Source of the DNA: Gammaproteobacteria bacterium | GTDB lineage: Bacteria > Pseudomonadota > Gammaproteobacteria > Steroidobacterales > SZUA-146 | Length of the DNA stretch: 64,000 nucleotides | Assembly (NCBI GenBank): GCA_045107075.1 | Contig: JBGCFV010000018.1 | Coordinates: 15,139-79,138, forward strand | Direction: 5' to 3' | Shown: positions 63,905 through 64,000 of the stretch, piece after piece | Layout: each line of letters begins with the position of its first letter | Position numbering within the stretch: the stretch's first letter is position 1 | Notes under the pieces: generated by a model | What the model was told of the DNA's origin: nothing | What the model saw: only the letters and a program-made list of their open reading frames with translations | The model's database searches: none | Made by a program: the position numbers and the translations under genes

Positions 63905-64000
63905 CGGTAATCGGAGTGCAGCGCGTATTCAGGCAGAGCGTCTAATTAGGTCTCCAGGCGGTTCAATCAGCGCTGTTGCGTTTAGTTTTGACAGCCGGTG

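Noticed and set aside
63929-64000. Possible 3' end of a minus-strand gene at the right edge.
   Set aside because: Only about 24 codons are visible, the frame is ambiguous, and no motif is recognisable.

Overview
This is a 64-kb chromosomal segment of a moderately GC-rich Gammaproteobacterium, probably marine. Supporting gene order includes rsmD | ftsY-ftsE-ftsX-rpoH and coaD-ferredoxin. Supporting content includes a Na+/alanine symporter, a NatAB-type exporter, a Fur-controlled TonB receptor and a photolyase. I support about 58 protein-coding genes. Core genes are priA, hemH, phrB, rpoH, ftsYEX, rsmD and coaD. They are interleaved with accessory blocks: two OmpR-type two-component systems, two MATE pumps, a GldA/F/G-like ABC system with a DUF4340 protein, and a RES-Xre toxin-antitoxin islet. 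I saw no rRNA, tRNA, CRISPR array, integrase or transposase. Non-coding structure is rich. There is a three-box DnaA cluster just upstream of priA. There are two REP-like repeat families (A: GGAGCGGCTTCCRGCCGCGAT; B: GTCATTGCGAG..GGCAATCTC). There is also a GGGGTCAGAGTAC repeat cluster, a perfect 33-bp inverted repeat, a Fur box and a bidirectional terminator. The best candidates for undescribed biology are: (1) a divergent cytochrome P450 / fatty-acyl-AMP-ligase-ACP fusion / DUF374 acyltransferase cassette with no redox partner, KS or TE; (2) a 1391-aa secreted LamG-metzincin-TSP3-MopE-FN3-dockerin-like protein, next to a lower-GC block of unknown genes; (3) an ECF sigma factor translationally coupled to a non-canonical polytopic membrane protein and followed by a secreted S33 hydrolase, a NatAB-like exporter and a DUF3465 protein. 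All family assignments come from motif recognition by eye. No database search was run.
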